A stretch of 52,011 nucleotides of DNA, counting the filler, from Catajapyx aquilonaris (taxonomy: Eukaryota): assembly GCA_000934665.2 (NCBI GenBank). It is 2 parts of 2 records of this genome, joined end to end, with 100 filler letters (N's around TTAATTAATTAA, not from the genome) between each part and the next. Parts side by side here need not be neighbours in the genome. Positions count along the whole stretch, not along the records: positions 1 to 25,964 come from JYFJ02005285.1; 1 more part is not named here. One strand, written 5' to 3'. The notes beneath the pieces were generated by a model. It had not been told where the DNA came from. It saw only the letters and a program-made list of their open reading frames with translations, and searched no databases. The position numbers and the translations under genes are program-made. This document shows positions 1-13,900 of this stretch, in pieces (the stretch's first letter is position 1; every line of letters starts with the position of its first letter).

Positions 1-27
1 CCACCCCACCAGCCACTACTCCGGAAA

Positions 28-758
28 TGTCATTTTCAAAACCATACATTTCCTTTTCTACATAATTACCGCCAATAACTATACACTTGCACCAACAATG
101 TACTAGTTTTTTCCTCCGGTTGGTATACAACTCTGTGCTGTGGGAGTGGCACCAAGCGTGAACAGCAGCCTAAACTTTTGCATTGGAGCTGGATTGATTT
201 CCCTTCAGGTGTGTGTTCATTTTTGGAGAAAGAAAGAAGTTGTAGGGCTCAAGATCTGGGCTGTACGCGGCGGATGACGAAGTGCAGAGAATTTGAGTTT
301 CTGGAGAAGGCGTCGTGAATGTTGAGTTCCTGACCGGTCGCAAACCTGTGCATTCTGAGGTGCATGGGGACACCCTCTAGGGGTTTTAGGCACACATGAA
401 CAGATGAACTCAAGAAAGGATGTCATTGTTCACCATGATAATGCTGAACCCCACACACACAATCACACCCAGAAGTGCAGATGCCCTCCAAGGACTCAAT
501 TTCTCTGGACTTCCTCATCCAACAAAACAGCCCATATCTTGTGCCCTGCAACCTTTTTCTTACTCCAAAAATGAACACCCGTGAAGGGCAATCGGTACAG
601 CTCCAATACAGAAGTTGACGATGCTGTTCATGCTTGTTGCCTCTCCCACAACCAAGAGTTGTATGCCGGCCGGAGGAAATAACTAGTTGTAGGTGCAAGT
701 GTACTGCTGTTGGTGGTGGTGATGTAGAAAATGAAAAATATGGGCTTGAAGAGGACAT
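28..758. mobile_element. Foldback element built from two inverted copies of a mariner 3' half
   Basis: About 28-315 is an imperfect reverse complement of about 480-758; the minus strand encodes AYSPDLEPYNFFLSPKMNTHLKG, resembling the mariner YSPDLAPxD motif. Confidence 0.7.
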
Positions 759-997
759 TGGAAGGTTGGAGATTGGAAGGTTCCGGATTTTAAAAATAGT
801 TGTGGCCGATTGTGTGCAATATTTAAAGTATCATGAATTAAAACTGACATTTAATGATATTGATGATTGTGAAACCACGATTGCACAATGTGGTAATCCT
901 TCAAGTGGCTGGCACTTTCAATTGACAAATTCATACTCTCTTTTACATTTCCCTGTCATCACTTTAACAATTGTGTTGATTTTCTACTATTGCGCAG

Positions 998-1523
998 GTA
1001 CTGCAACTTGCTTCCTCAGGACCGCTTTAGTGCCCTGGTGCCTATCTGCTGGTATGTGGACCGGGGAATAGATGATCTCAATTTCCGATTCCAAGCCACT
1101 CTCCTCTTGCCGATTAATTCACCTGTTCGGAAAGACATCCAAGGTCTTCCAATGCCCTCTGTGGTTTTAGCCAAAAGATCTGTTTACATGGAGGCCTGTA
1201 AAGTCCTGTATGAATTTGGGGAGTTGGATGAGGCCCATCTTCTGCCAGTTGGGAGGAAACCTACGGTGGAGTCAGATGATTGGGTAGAGCCCCAAGAGGA
1301 GCAGACCCTCCCGGGTGATCCCAAGGCGGGGACCAAGAAGAGGAGGCAATTTTACAAGATTGCTACACCAAAAGTATATTTAAGATCATGGCCAATAGTT
1401 GGGAAAGACATGTACATGCATGTAATCAAAATGGAGTCTGTGTTGGAGTGGGACCAGAAGATGCGGCCTCCCCAGATGAGCAAAAACAAATTTGGAATGC
1501 TGTGTGCCATCAGATTGCCTAAG
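998..1523 (+). CDS. Dcr-2: Dicer exon: DUF283/dimerisation domain and start of platform
   Basis: Acceptor tgcgcag at 991-997, donor AAG|gtattt at 1524; YCNLLPQDRF...LLLPINSPVR...GTKKRRQFY. Confidence 0.9.
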
Positions 1524-1886
1524 GTATTTTACCAACATTTGTTAATTTGACATTTTAAAATATTTTATCTTGCTAAATGTGAGAGAGATGGTAATTTGGT
1601 TTTCAATTTCCTGTATGTATTAAATAGTAAAGAGGGCGACACGGTGGCCGAGTGGTTAGCGCCGCAGCGTTCCACCTCTAAGGTCCCGAGTTCGATCCCC
1701 GGGTCGGACGGAGGATACTTATGTGGATAGAGTTTCGATGGGTTCTCTCCGTGTTCGCGTGGGTTTTCTCGGGGTTCTCCCGTTTCCTCCCACTATCAAA
1801 ATCCATCACATTACAGGCAAATGATTAAAGTCGGATATTCAAAAGATGATCCCCTAAGCTGCCCAAGGGGCCTATCACGGGGTATC

Positions 1887-1967
<81 letters not shown>

Positions 1968-4900
1968 ATAGTAAAGCTGAAAAATCAGGTTTAACCCTTT
2001 GACAGCGGGGTTTTTCTTTTCCTACCAAAATTGGCAGTAGGAGAGATATTAACCCTATGTCTCCCGCGCAATTTTGCACCGTTCAGGTGGGGGTTTAAAA
2101 AGAGCGCCCTAGGTGAAAATCACTGGATTTGGCACCATTGGTGGGGATTGCCTACCCTTCACATATCCTTCTGATTTTTTCCCCGGTGAAAAGTAAGTCG
2201 CAGCATTTGGGGAATTTTTTTATTGTTTTCAGCTGCACGTGCACATACCGGGAAATATGCTGCTGGGGGAGGATTCACAAAAGAGCGCAACTTTCGAGCG
2301 TGTAAGTGATTTACACCCATATCTTTACGCTCCCCTTACAACCGGTTGTAGGGAGAGGTGTAAAGTGATTCACAAAGCGGCGCAGCACTCGGTGTAAGGG
2401 GGGCACAAGGGTAAAAGTCACGTGTCATGTAACGGGGCTCGCTATTGGCTGCGTTGTTAGACGGCCACCCGAACCCAGCCAGAACCCACCCTAGCGCCAA
2501 CCTAGCGGAAGGCAAAGATACTAAGGAAAGGTGGGAAAATGCTTGGAAAGAGTTATCATCTTTGGTGGAAGACCTGAAAATTGTAGCACTCGGCTGAAAT
2601 TAAAAAAGGGAGACCAACTAGTTTATTGAGGGTTGGGGCTAGACCCCTGCTCAAGGCTGCCGCCGGATTGTCTAGGGGCAAGCCGGACTTGGACACATTC
2701 CACTATTCCCACTCCTTACCCGAGCTAACCAAATAACCTATTGGCAGTGGGCAGTCAGGCAAAGGTGGCCGAAACTGTTGCTTTGTCTGTGCCGAGGGGT
2801 AAATCACTCGGAAGTTGAGTGTACAACGGACTTGACGAGTGATTAACCCCTCGTCGTCTGCCGGCAGCAAGTGTCGTCGCGTCGGCCGGATTTTACGCCG
2901 TGAGTAGGCCTACCCATGGCCGGCATGTAACGGGGGGGGTCCACATGCGATCCCGGATTATCTGGGGAAAGGCTGGGTGAGGTCTATCTTCGACTTCTAG
3001 CTCCAGTCCAAATAGGAGCCATGTCACTTCTCCCACTTACACGTACCCCCCGACCAGGCGCAGAGATCCGCCCGGTGGTAAGTAGTTGCGCTGCTTTGTG
3101 AATCCAACTCGCAGCGCCACTCCCCCGGTGGCGAAAAATGAACTGAACTTACGAAGGTGTATCTGTTTGCGCTCTTTTGTGAATCCTCCCCCAGGGAGGT
3201 GTGTGTATTTAAATTCTTGCAGTAAGTGTTTGTTTCGGTTTGTTTACAATGAATGAGACCTTTGGCCTATGACGTCGTGCCATTAAAAATATCAAGCTAG
3301 TGGCCTAAATAGTCATGATCATAGAAACTATGAACATTTCTTAAAGCTATGGTGAATGAAATTTCCGTCGGGGTTATACCAGTGATTTTTTTTTTAAATA
3401 TTTTGTTTGGTTGTATTATTTATACAACCAAATCGGGTGCGGGAGACAAAGGGTTAATGAAAAACAATATGCTCCAATATTTATCATTTTAACTCGTGGT
3501 GGTCCCTTTGAATGTAAAATGCCGAAAAAAATTCATTGACAGTGTTCCAGAAAAAATGTTAAAAGTGCAGTTAACTTTAAATGTAATTAAATTTATTCAA
3601 ACTTTAAAAGTCACTATAAAATTGTTACTATGGTTACATAATAATGGGCCGTTCCATGATCACGTACGTGACATTTGTACGTGTTTTTTTTCCTAAATAA
3701 TTTTTTAAATAAGTTAATAATAAAACAAAATATATTTATGAACTTAATTTTTTATCTGAATTAGCACACTCTTGCACTCATATACAGATTTTTTTCAGAT
3801 GTATCGGAGAGTTATTAACAGTATGGCAATTAAATGTGGAACTGTCACATATGTGACAAATTTTGGAAGTGCATGATACGTGCACCTCTGAAATTTATTT
3901 ATTCGAATGTAAAATGATTTCAAGGCTGGAAAAAATTTTCCAATTGAAAGAAAGACTGCAGTTATGGAAAACATTTTATTTATACAGTATTTATACATTT
4001 AAAATCCCACTTACAAAATATTTAAAACCAGCTATCACTTATGTGACAGGGTACGAATTACGTGCTTTAAAAGTATATTGTGGCATTTATTTGTGTAAAT
4101 GGTTCATCTAGACAAATTCTGCTAGTAGCTGTAATTGAAACAAAACTATTTTACAAAAGAACACAAAAATAGGGTTTAGGATAAATGCAATTATTTGAAA
4201 TTAAATACGCTGCCTAAAACTTGAAACATTTTCAACATTTGCCAAAACAAAAGTCCCCACTCCAATGTCATTTCCATTGGACCAGAAACATCTGTCTAAG
4301 AATAATTTTAAACCATTCCTGGTTGTGGAGACCCACAATTACTATAAAAATGCAATTCGGAATGGGGAACTAGCCTTCATTTTGGAAACTACATAATAAA
4401 TTCGCCCATATTTTGTGATTTTTTTGGCGTATTCCGTTTTAAGATATCAGTTTCAGTTCCGGAGATATTGGCGTTTTTTCGTAGGCAAATGGTGACGTCA
4501 CTGTTTGCCTCGAAAATGTTGACGTCACGCGAAGTGAAATGAACGCAAGAATGATGTTATAGAACGCGCCCCGGCAGGGTCGTAAAATAATTCGTTGTAC
4601 TGTGCTGGACATTTTAGCAGTCCGAGTGTTTACTTAGTTGCCAGGTAACGTGCGAGTTTTTACTCTTAAGCCGCTCAAACCGCTTTGTACGTGGCAGTGA
4701 TGCCACAGCTCGGAAATATCTGTCTCCCGAATTAGGCACATAAGGGCCCCCTTTCTCCACCTCGATGGCCTACAGCCGCCTTGCGAAGGCTTTCCGTCGT
4801 GTCCGCGGTTAATTCAAAGTCAAATTCCTCATATCTCGCAGTCAACCAGGCATTTCAGTGTACCCTTTCGATTGGCACTACCCGGCTGCCCCGTTTTTCC

Positions 4901-7900
4901 CGCCAATTTTGAAGGCACTTTTAAATGTGCCGTAATTTATCCAGTAATGTCATTTTGATGCAACAGAGTGATGGAATGTATGTTTACAGGCATGGGCTAG
5001 CTAGTTATGAACAAAAATCCCAGATCCCAGACCAAGGCTAGTTCCCCATTGCGGCAAATAATTCCATGTACTTTTCTTATTCGTTTTTGCTTCCCTTGCT
5101 TTTGACCAATCTATTGATACCACCTCAGTTTCAATTTGCTTTTGCATAATAGACAGAGCAGTGACTTTTGCTGCAACAGCAGCAAAATCTGGATCTGTTT
5201 GAACGACTTCTCTTCGCCCCATCACTTCCGCACGCACTCGCGACTCTGCTGAACCACCTATTCCATATACCACACCTTCGCCATGAGCTGTGGCACTGAA
5301 CTTCCAATCAATGTAGAAATATTTTTTTTGAAATCTGAAATTTAATTCATGTAGAGAAAGTAAGCCATGGCACATTTGAATGGCACACATTACTGGCGCA
5401 CATGACAGTAGTTAATGTGAGCAGCGTTATTTTAGTTTGTAAATAACCATTTAGAGAAAGATGGCAAATTTCATTGGTGTCACATACGTGATGTCACATG
5501 TGATTGGGTTTGTCACATGCGTGATCGCCTAGAACTCTCAAACTAATTATATAAACAGTCTGCCAAAAAAAATTCCAGATGATAAAGCCAAACTAACTTT
5601 GCATTGGTGATATGAAAATATTTCCTGCACTAATGAGTTACCTATAACAATAAATGCAAGTTCTTATCACATACGTGACAGTAAGATTTTATGTATTCAT
5701 TGGAAGTAGAATAGTATGCAGGAATGGGATATAATAAATATTTTCGAAGTGTTATTCATTAGAACGAGGCGTGTCCAGAAAGTAAGTTCAGTTTTTAAAT
5801 TAGAAAAACCACAATCCACCCCCAGAATTTTTCTTTACACATCTGAAATTGACAACTGTCTACTTTTTTTCAAAATAGTTTCCAACCAAATTGGGGCATT
5901 TTTCATTGAGTTACACACGATTTTGTATGCCTATGTCATAAAAGTCTGCCGCCAGCCATTTCCGCGACCCCGGAACGCTGGATTGCAACTTGTCGTCATG
6001 GTCAACCTACTGCTTTGCAAACCATTTCTCCCTGTTCATGGACAGGTGGTAATCACTAGGCTCTAAATCCCAGGTGATCCCCTCATACCTGAGCTGAAGT
6101 TTGACGATGAGGAGGAGTTGCAATCCAGCATTCATGTATCGCAAAAATGGCTGGAGGTAGACCTCTATGACATAGGCATACAAAATACGGTGTAACGAAA
6201 TGAAAAATGTCCCAATTTGGCTGGGAACTATTTTGAAAAAAAGTAGACAGTTGTCAATTTCAGATGTGTAAATAAAAATTCTAGGGGTCCATTGCGTTTT
6301 TTAAAATAAAAAAACAGAACTTACTTTCTGGACGCGCCACGTAGATATACAGGGGTAGGACAAAATAACGGGGCCCCCTGCAAAAAGTGGGTGAATTTTC
6401 TCCTCCATTGTACTCGAAAACGGGAAAAGTTACCGAGATGGGCTTTTACTGATTTTTGAAGCTCTGACGATGTACTATGGGGCTCAAATTGTTTTGGCCG
6501 CTTTATCCTGGTCTTGAATCAACCCTTCACACACACACACACACACCCACACCTGCTGAACGTGGGGCCTGTGTGAAGGGTTGCTTCAAGACCAGGAAGA
6601 AGTGGCCAAAACAATTTGAGCCCCATATAGCCCAGGAGTTTTAGGTTTTTACCTGGACATAAATAATGTAAAGCTGAAAATTTGCACACAGGCTCTGTTG
6701 GCATGCTGAACAACATAGCAAAAGTCCCCGACTACCCCCTGTCCGCATCATGTTTTTTTTGGCTCAAGAAGTACATAAGTGACACTTGCCTTGTGATTTT
6801 TGTGTCATCTTCATGTCTGTAAATGTACATCGACAGAGCTTCAAAAATCAGTAAAAGCCATCTCTGTGAATTTTCCAGTTTTCGAGTACAACGGAGGAGA
6901 AAATTTACCCGCTTTTTGCAGGGCCCCCCCGTTATTTTGTCCAACCCCTGTATATTAAAATTAGGTTGCTATATTCGAAATATTTAAGAATACAGGTAAT
7001 CTTTATGAGCGTAATAAATTATCAAAAACACAAATGCTGACTACATGAAAATGAACGTTTTTTACATACTACATTTCAAGTGCTCCATTGCAGTCCTAAA
7101 TATTTTGGGACATTAATATAAATAACACCATTGGAAAGAGCAACATCTTGGCATAAATTAATGATTGTTACTCATAATTAATTAATAAACCTTTCAGAAA
7201 TTAGCTGTGGTTTCAAATTCCATGGAACGGCTCTAATACTAAAACACTGTACTATGAGAAATTCCTAAGAGTCCAGACTTACGGGACACCCTGTTCTGAC
7301 ACCGCGGGAAGGGGTATTTTTAGCTTATGCTAGGAGGCGGTAAAACTGATTAGCATACGCCATGGTAGTTGAGTCCCCTTCCACGAGGTGGTAGGAGCAG
7401 TTTGAGCCTCAAACTGCGCCATTTTTGTCTAAACTCCAGCGCACCCAGTTGAAAAACCAGCAGGACATCATATGATGATCGTAGGTCTCAAAGGGTTAAC
7501 CTCTTTAGTTCTGGAGTATCCTGTAGGATGTACAGTGTGTTCCAAGTATTTAGTCCTTTTAGTTACTGGTATTGCAAATTTTGAAGGAAGTTTGTGTGTG
7601 TGTGTGCGCATGTAGCATTTTGCACCCCGATCAAGGAGCCCAACTACAAAGTAGCAGCTGTATTTGACCACACTAGGAATAAATGGACGGTGTTATGCAA
7701 TAATGAGTCAACTCATATGAGAACAGTTTTGAGAAAAAACCGCTTTGAGTGTCCCACAAGTGAAATTAATTCATGTCCTTTTCGGTCATTTATGGAAGAA
7801 GTATGCAGATTTCGCCAGCTTGATTTTAACTGAATGAAGTAGGATCCTTTGGGTGTATGTTACTGGGCTTAACTCAATTTTGACATTTTTGTGGATTGAC

Positions 7901-10900
7901 ACACTATTGCATAACACCATGTAATTGGGCATTGTGGTGCAAAAAGCTACACAAAAATAACAACTTTGTGCAAAATTTGAAATAACTAAAAGGACTTCTT
8001 TCCACCTTATGGGAATGTACTATGAGCTACTATTTTTGGGGTAAAGCTGTAACAATGTTGCCGGATATGGCATATTTATGGACGTATTTTTTATGGCAGA
8101 TGACATTCAACTTGCCTTCCTTTCTGTGTGCTCTTCCCTCTATGACTGTGATGATAAATTTTCTGCAGGTATGCAAATTTCCTCTGTACTCCAAGTATGG
8201 CATGGTGTGGGTATCAGTGGAAGCAGTGTCAGAACTTTATCAAGGTGTGGGTGAGAAAGAAGTGGCTTTATTAGGCGCATTCCACCAGTACCTTTTCCAC
8301 ACGTTGTTGGGCGTGACACATGCAATATTGAAATTTGATGTACATGATGAGAGCAGTGAAGGAGGTCTTATTGTTCCTCTTCAAGGTACGTGCAATTTTC
8401 ATGCAAAGCAACTGGTGTCTTCACTATTGACTTGTGTTCCTAGCGCATTCTGAGGATATTGACTGGGAAATTGTCAGAAATGCTCCGAAGTTTGAAGAAA
8501 AAGTTATGCATACGGTCACCATGGCGAACTCCAGAGAATATGTCCCTGATATGGTTGATGCTGCACTTTTGGAGGATGCAGTAGTGATACCTTGGTACCG
8601 TGGGACTCCACTTAAGGTGAGGCAGAAGTTCTGAGTTGGTGTGAGGAGTTTTGAAAGTGACTTTGCCTAAGTTAAATTGTAAGAATGTGTTAAGGCTGTT
8701 TTCTCGAACAGTGGTTCAAATGTAAACCGGGTTCAAAGCCAGTTTAATCTCTGATTTGATTGTCGTTAGGCTGTTGTCAAGGGTTTAAACCGGCTTTAAA
8801 CCGGGTTTACATTTGAACCACTGTTCGAGAAAACGGCCCTTAAGGGGAGTTTAGGAGTTGGAAATACCTATATGTTTATTTTCATATGTGGAGGTTCTTT
8901 GTGTCTTTGCCAGGTAAAAAAAAAAGGCTTGTTGAATGCATGCCATATACAGGGCTTTCCAAGTATATTAGTCCTTTGGTTATAGAAATTTTCACTCAAA
9001 GCTGTTGCTTTTTTGTAGCTTGTTGCACCCCAATCTAGGTGCCTTATTACGAAGCAGTTGCTGCATTCAACTATTTGGAAGTAATGATGTCATCCAGCAC
9101 AGGCCTATGATTCCCGTTCTTGTAACAAATTATCTGGCAATTTTTAATCAACAGAGTCTACCCATTAAATGAAAGCCTGTGAAAAATGGACTTACCCCCT
9201 TCTTGCATCATACCCTTCGATAATAATTGAGAAAATGATATTGTGAAATGGATATTTGATGCAGATTTATTTAATACTTGCAATTGTGTAAAATTTTGAT
9301 AATGGTAATTTAATGTCCATTTTATTAAGGACTGTGTAGTATGCCTACAACATTTGTAAAATAAAAAAGTAAAGTTTTAACACATTTAAAAATTCAAATA
9401 TGTTGTGATGGTAGGGGCGGAAAAAAATACAAGGTGCTTCAAATATGAACGGGGCTGAATTTTTTTAGAACATTCCTTATTACACATTGACTTTTTTTAC
9501 ATGTCATCCTTTGAGACTTTCCCCACGGGATACTACACATTTTTTTTCCAGTGTTCTGGCAGCTGTTTTATCCCCTTTTCAAAAACGTTTTTTGGTTATG
9601 GGAGTATCCACTCTGGAACAATTATTTCCATCACAGCATCTTTGTCTTCACTCCGCGCACTCCGGCTGTAACCGACTTAAGTCTTCAAAAAAAGTACAAT
9701 TCACTAACTTGAGGTCACATCTGGGATAAAGTGTGAGTTTGGCAGGAGATCCCACCTTACTTTTGGATTATTTTTTTGGTGGTGTGGGGTCTCGCTTTGT
9801 CTTGGAGGAAGCATATCCGATTTCCTCCAGTCTTATTCTTGGATCAGATATGTTTCTTCCCCTCTGGTAAGATAATGGCTGAATGCTATTTTGCAGTGAT
9901 TGTTCTGCCTTCTGGTACCAAATCAACATGAATAATTTCCTTCCAATCCCCCAAAAAAGTCACCATAACTTTCCCAGTGGAACATGTCCTTCGCGGATTT
10001 TTGGGTCTTGAGGTTCTCCACTCTCTGTTCCCTTTCTGAAGGCTTTACACCACTCAAACACATGGGTTCGAGAGAAAAACACTTCTCCATACTGGGTTTT
10101 TACTCTCTGCCAAATTTCTAATGGCTTGACGTTGTCCCTAACGAGAAATCTGATGACAATGTGTTGTTCCATGCTCTGTGGCACTTTCTGCTCAGTTATC
10201 TCTTGGAAATTACAGATGAGACTGAGCAGGATACCTCATATGCTGAACAGAGGGGATTGGTTTAGGCTTCAATTTTGCAAGGTTGTTAATTTGTTGGACA
10301 GGTTTATTTGTTAGGGGGAAAAATCAGTACCTGTCATATTTGAACCTCTTTGTACTACCTTGGAAAATTTTTGGTGATATGTTGGGACAGTAGGGCATGT
10401 TAAAATAAATAGACAGAGATTGCAGGAAATAAATTTTGATTGGAAAATAACAGCTTTCAATACCACACTCTTTGACTCTTTAGCAAATATTGGTGCAAAT
10501 ATGCTGTTTATAAATATGTAGTGTTTATATTTAATTGCTTGGTTTTTATTTCATAGAAGGAATATTATTTACAGTACTACAGAATTGTGGAGATCTGTGG
10601 TGATATGACTCCTTGCTCCCCATTCCCTGAGGAGACTTATGCAACTTACAATGATTACTTCAAAGAGAAGTACAAGATCGATGTGCAGTACCAAGACCAG
10701 CCAATGGTTGAAGTCAAGCAAATTGGATCAGAGAGTTCATTCTCTGTTAACTTCTTAATTTACCAGTAAGCCATAGATAATTGTTTGCCTACAGTTGATC
10801 CTAAATTATGTTCAACATTTATTAATTTGGCATGTTACGTACATATGGTATCTATCATCGTGACATTTTTGTTATGCTGCTACATCACTCCTGCCTTATC

Positions 10901-13900
10901 ATTACAGGACTGGAAAGGAGGGATTGTCTGGTCCTTGCAATAGAGAAGAACGTCGAATGTCGCGCCATGCCTCTAATGGGGAGCACCTGGTTCCCGAACT
11001 CTGTTGTGTCCACCCAATGCCTGCGTCCGTCCTAGTTCAGGCATTACACATCCCTTCCGCTCTTTATCGCTATAGGCAACTACTACTGGCTGAGGAAATG
11101 TGCTCTTCACTTGGGTTTGAGCACAAATGTGAAACTGACTGGAAACCCTTGTCTTATGGACCCATCACAACTGTAGGAAATTGTGATGATGCTGATGGAA
11201 CTATGTCCAGATGGGTTTTCAATGATGTTTATTATGAGCAGACATTGGAGAATGGAAAAACACCATCAGGTAAGAAACATTCTTGGTTTATTAACTACTT
11301 TCAGACAGGTGATATTTATGGTGTGTCAACAGCCTTTGCAGTGATTCTAGGATTTTCTGCTACAAAAATGGGGAGCTATTTCGCAAAAAATCTATCTACC
11401 AAGAATTTGAAAAATAAAGCGATTGAAGGATATGTTGCAGGATCGTGTTTACCGTAAAATGCCACAATTTTTTGTGGAAGTGGTTCTTAATAATGTAAGA
11501 TATCAAAGTAGGCTGATGTAACCCTCTTGGTCGGAGTGACCTGTGGTATAGTTTCACCAAAATTAAGTGAAACTGGAGGAGGAGGGGAGAGATGGGGTAG
11601 AAGTGGGGTGGGTTATGGGGGAAGAGACCAAGTGTGCCCTCTTGTCAGGACAAGAATCGGCTGGACTCGTCCATGTTGGTGTTGACGATCTGCAACAAAT
11701 GAAGGTGGGAAGTTAGCCACTGGGAGAGCCCATTCAGCTAGCTGTTAGAGAGTTGGTCCTGAGTCACAGGGTTTCCTTCTTGAATCAATTATGAGTGAGG
11801 TACAATTCAGAGTAGGATGACAGTGCCATCATCTGCTCAACTTGCCCTGTGCTGCAGTCGATTATTTGTGATGATGGATTCATTTTAGGTGATTTTTTCT
11901 TCTAGAATCAAGCAAAAGTGTAAGGAAGTTGGTCTGGGGTTGCACGGTCACTTTTTCAAATTAATTGTGGGCATGGTACAGATCACAGGGGTGTGAAGGG
12001 GAGTAGGTAAGAGAAAAGGATGGATCTAGTAGACTACAACATCAAAGGTGTCTTTTAACATCACCAAGTGACAACAAATGACATCCATATTAGGGAAGAC
12101 GGATTTATCATACTTGTACATAATTAAGTTCCCTGATTGTGTGTGTCAATAGAAAGGAACACTCCCTATCTTTCTATCACAATGTATTTTACAATTAGGC
12201 TAGTGACCAGTGTTCACAATCACACAGAGACGTGTTGCATTAATTTTGCCAAAAAGGTGCCAGGAGAAAAATAATGGGGCCGTGCAGACGGGCCAACCTT
12301 AGCCGCGGCTGGCGTCGGCCCTGGCGTCGGCCCCGGCTTGCGGAGCCACGGCTGGCCACGGTACCCGTTCAGACGGGCACATATTTTAATAACAGCCACC
12401 CGCATTTGTAATAGTGGCCGGTAGTCATGGCAGCGACGAAAAACAAGTGACGCGCAGTATCCGTCGCCGAGGCCAAGCCGTGGCCAAGCAGCGAGCCAAC
12501 TTCCGGGAAGTCGGCCAACTTGGCCAACTTCTGAGCCGTGGCCTTTGCCGTCATCCTTTTGACTGTCCCTCCAATTCTGTCACATGGCCCCTTCCCATGG
12601 CATGATGCAAAAAAATTCCACTCACAGTCACCTGCTGTTGGAATTTTTTGGTTACTTAACACGTGAACTACTGACACATAATGTGTGTTCTGCGATTTTT
12701 TTAAACTCACGTGTGTAATGTACTCGTATGGCACAAATATGTGGGCCCCCCAAAAGGGAAATTGTTTACAGCGTTTCTAGATCTAACCAAGGCCTTTGAT
12801 AATGTTGAACATTGTAAGTTATGGCCGTTACTATACGATATAGGAATTAGCTCTAAGTTTATCCAATTGATAAGAGAGATCTATATGAGATTTAGAGTAG
12901 TTTCGACAAATGATCCCCAGGAGGTTGGCCTGAAAGTTGGTAAAGGTGTGTTACAGGGTGAGGTCCTTTCTCCCCTCCTTTTCACACTTTACACCTTGAA
13001 GCTGACCTCATTTTTAGAGGAGTCCGGGATACCAGGTATAAACTTTGGACCAAACATGAAAGATGTCCAGCTATTGATTTTTGCTGACGACGTGGTTTTG
13101 TTAACTCACCATCGTCTCTATTTGCAAAACTTGATAAACAAAACCCATGAATTTTTTGGCTCCTTGGGCCTCCAGATAAATATAAATAAAACCAAAGTAG
13201 TAGTTTTCAGGAAGACAGGAAGGCTAGCCGGAGACACAAAATTCACATTGGGCACTGAAAATGTCGAAATTGTAAACAGATACAAATATTTGGGAGTGAC
13301 CTTCTCAAGCACGGGAAAATTCCATGTACAAACAGAGCTGCAGAAAAGTAAAGCGATTGCGGCGATAAATTCTTTGTGGCATACGCTTCGAAATATGAAA
13401 CTTCGGGACTTTAAAATAGCAATGAAGTTATTTAATGCACAAATCGCGCCGATAATACAGTATGCAGCGCCTATATGGGGCATGCGGTACTTATCTGAAA
13501 TAGAGAGGGTTCAGAATGTTTTTGTTAAGAGATTCCTTGGCCTCCCAGTGTCGGCAGCGGGTTTTTTTATCAGAAATGAAACGGGAATATCCCCAATTAA
13601 GGTCAGGATCCTATTGCAGACGATTAAATTTTGGAGGAGATTAAAAGACAGACAGCAGGTGGTTTTGTGTACGCAGGCCTTGAACTACCTTATGTTGGTA
13701 CACGAAAGCAACAGCTATCCCCAGTACAACTGGTTTTCGAGTCTTCTCCGAAATTTGTCTGATTACGGATATGCATCAAGTGACTTGGAAACAGTGAGTC
13801 TGGCAAGTGCTCAAGATCAAATGGCTCTATATCATTTCAATGAGGACAGTCTGAGACTGAATTCTTCCTCTAGGTATGGCTATTCGTATAAAACAACACC

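Larger units (their letters stand above)
3646..7233. mobile_element. Putative Sola-like non-autonomous DNA transposon hosting nested MITEs
   Basis: Termini gggccgttccatg / catggaacggctc (GRG...CYC), flanked by TAAT on both sides; internal recurring palindrome tcaca(t)a(t/c)gtga at about 3845, 4035, 5480, 5513, 5667. Confidence 0.5.

Noticed and set aside
1633..1710. tRNA genes here and at about 21565-21643 and 38380-38445
   Set aside because: The tRNA-like heads continue into SINE bodies and tails (two with TSDs), and the cloverleaves are imperfect.
1825..2079. Poly-Asn ORFs (also 38113-38595) and poly-Tyr/Leu ORFs at 43105-43600
   Set aside because: Translations of (AAT)n microsatellites or SINE tails.
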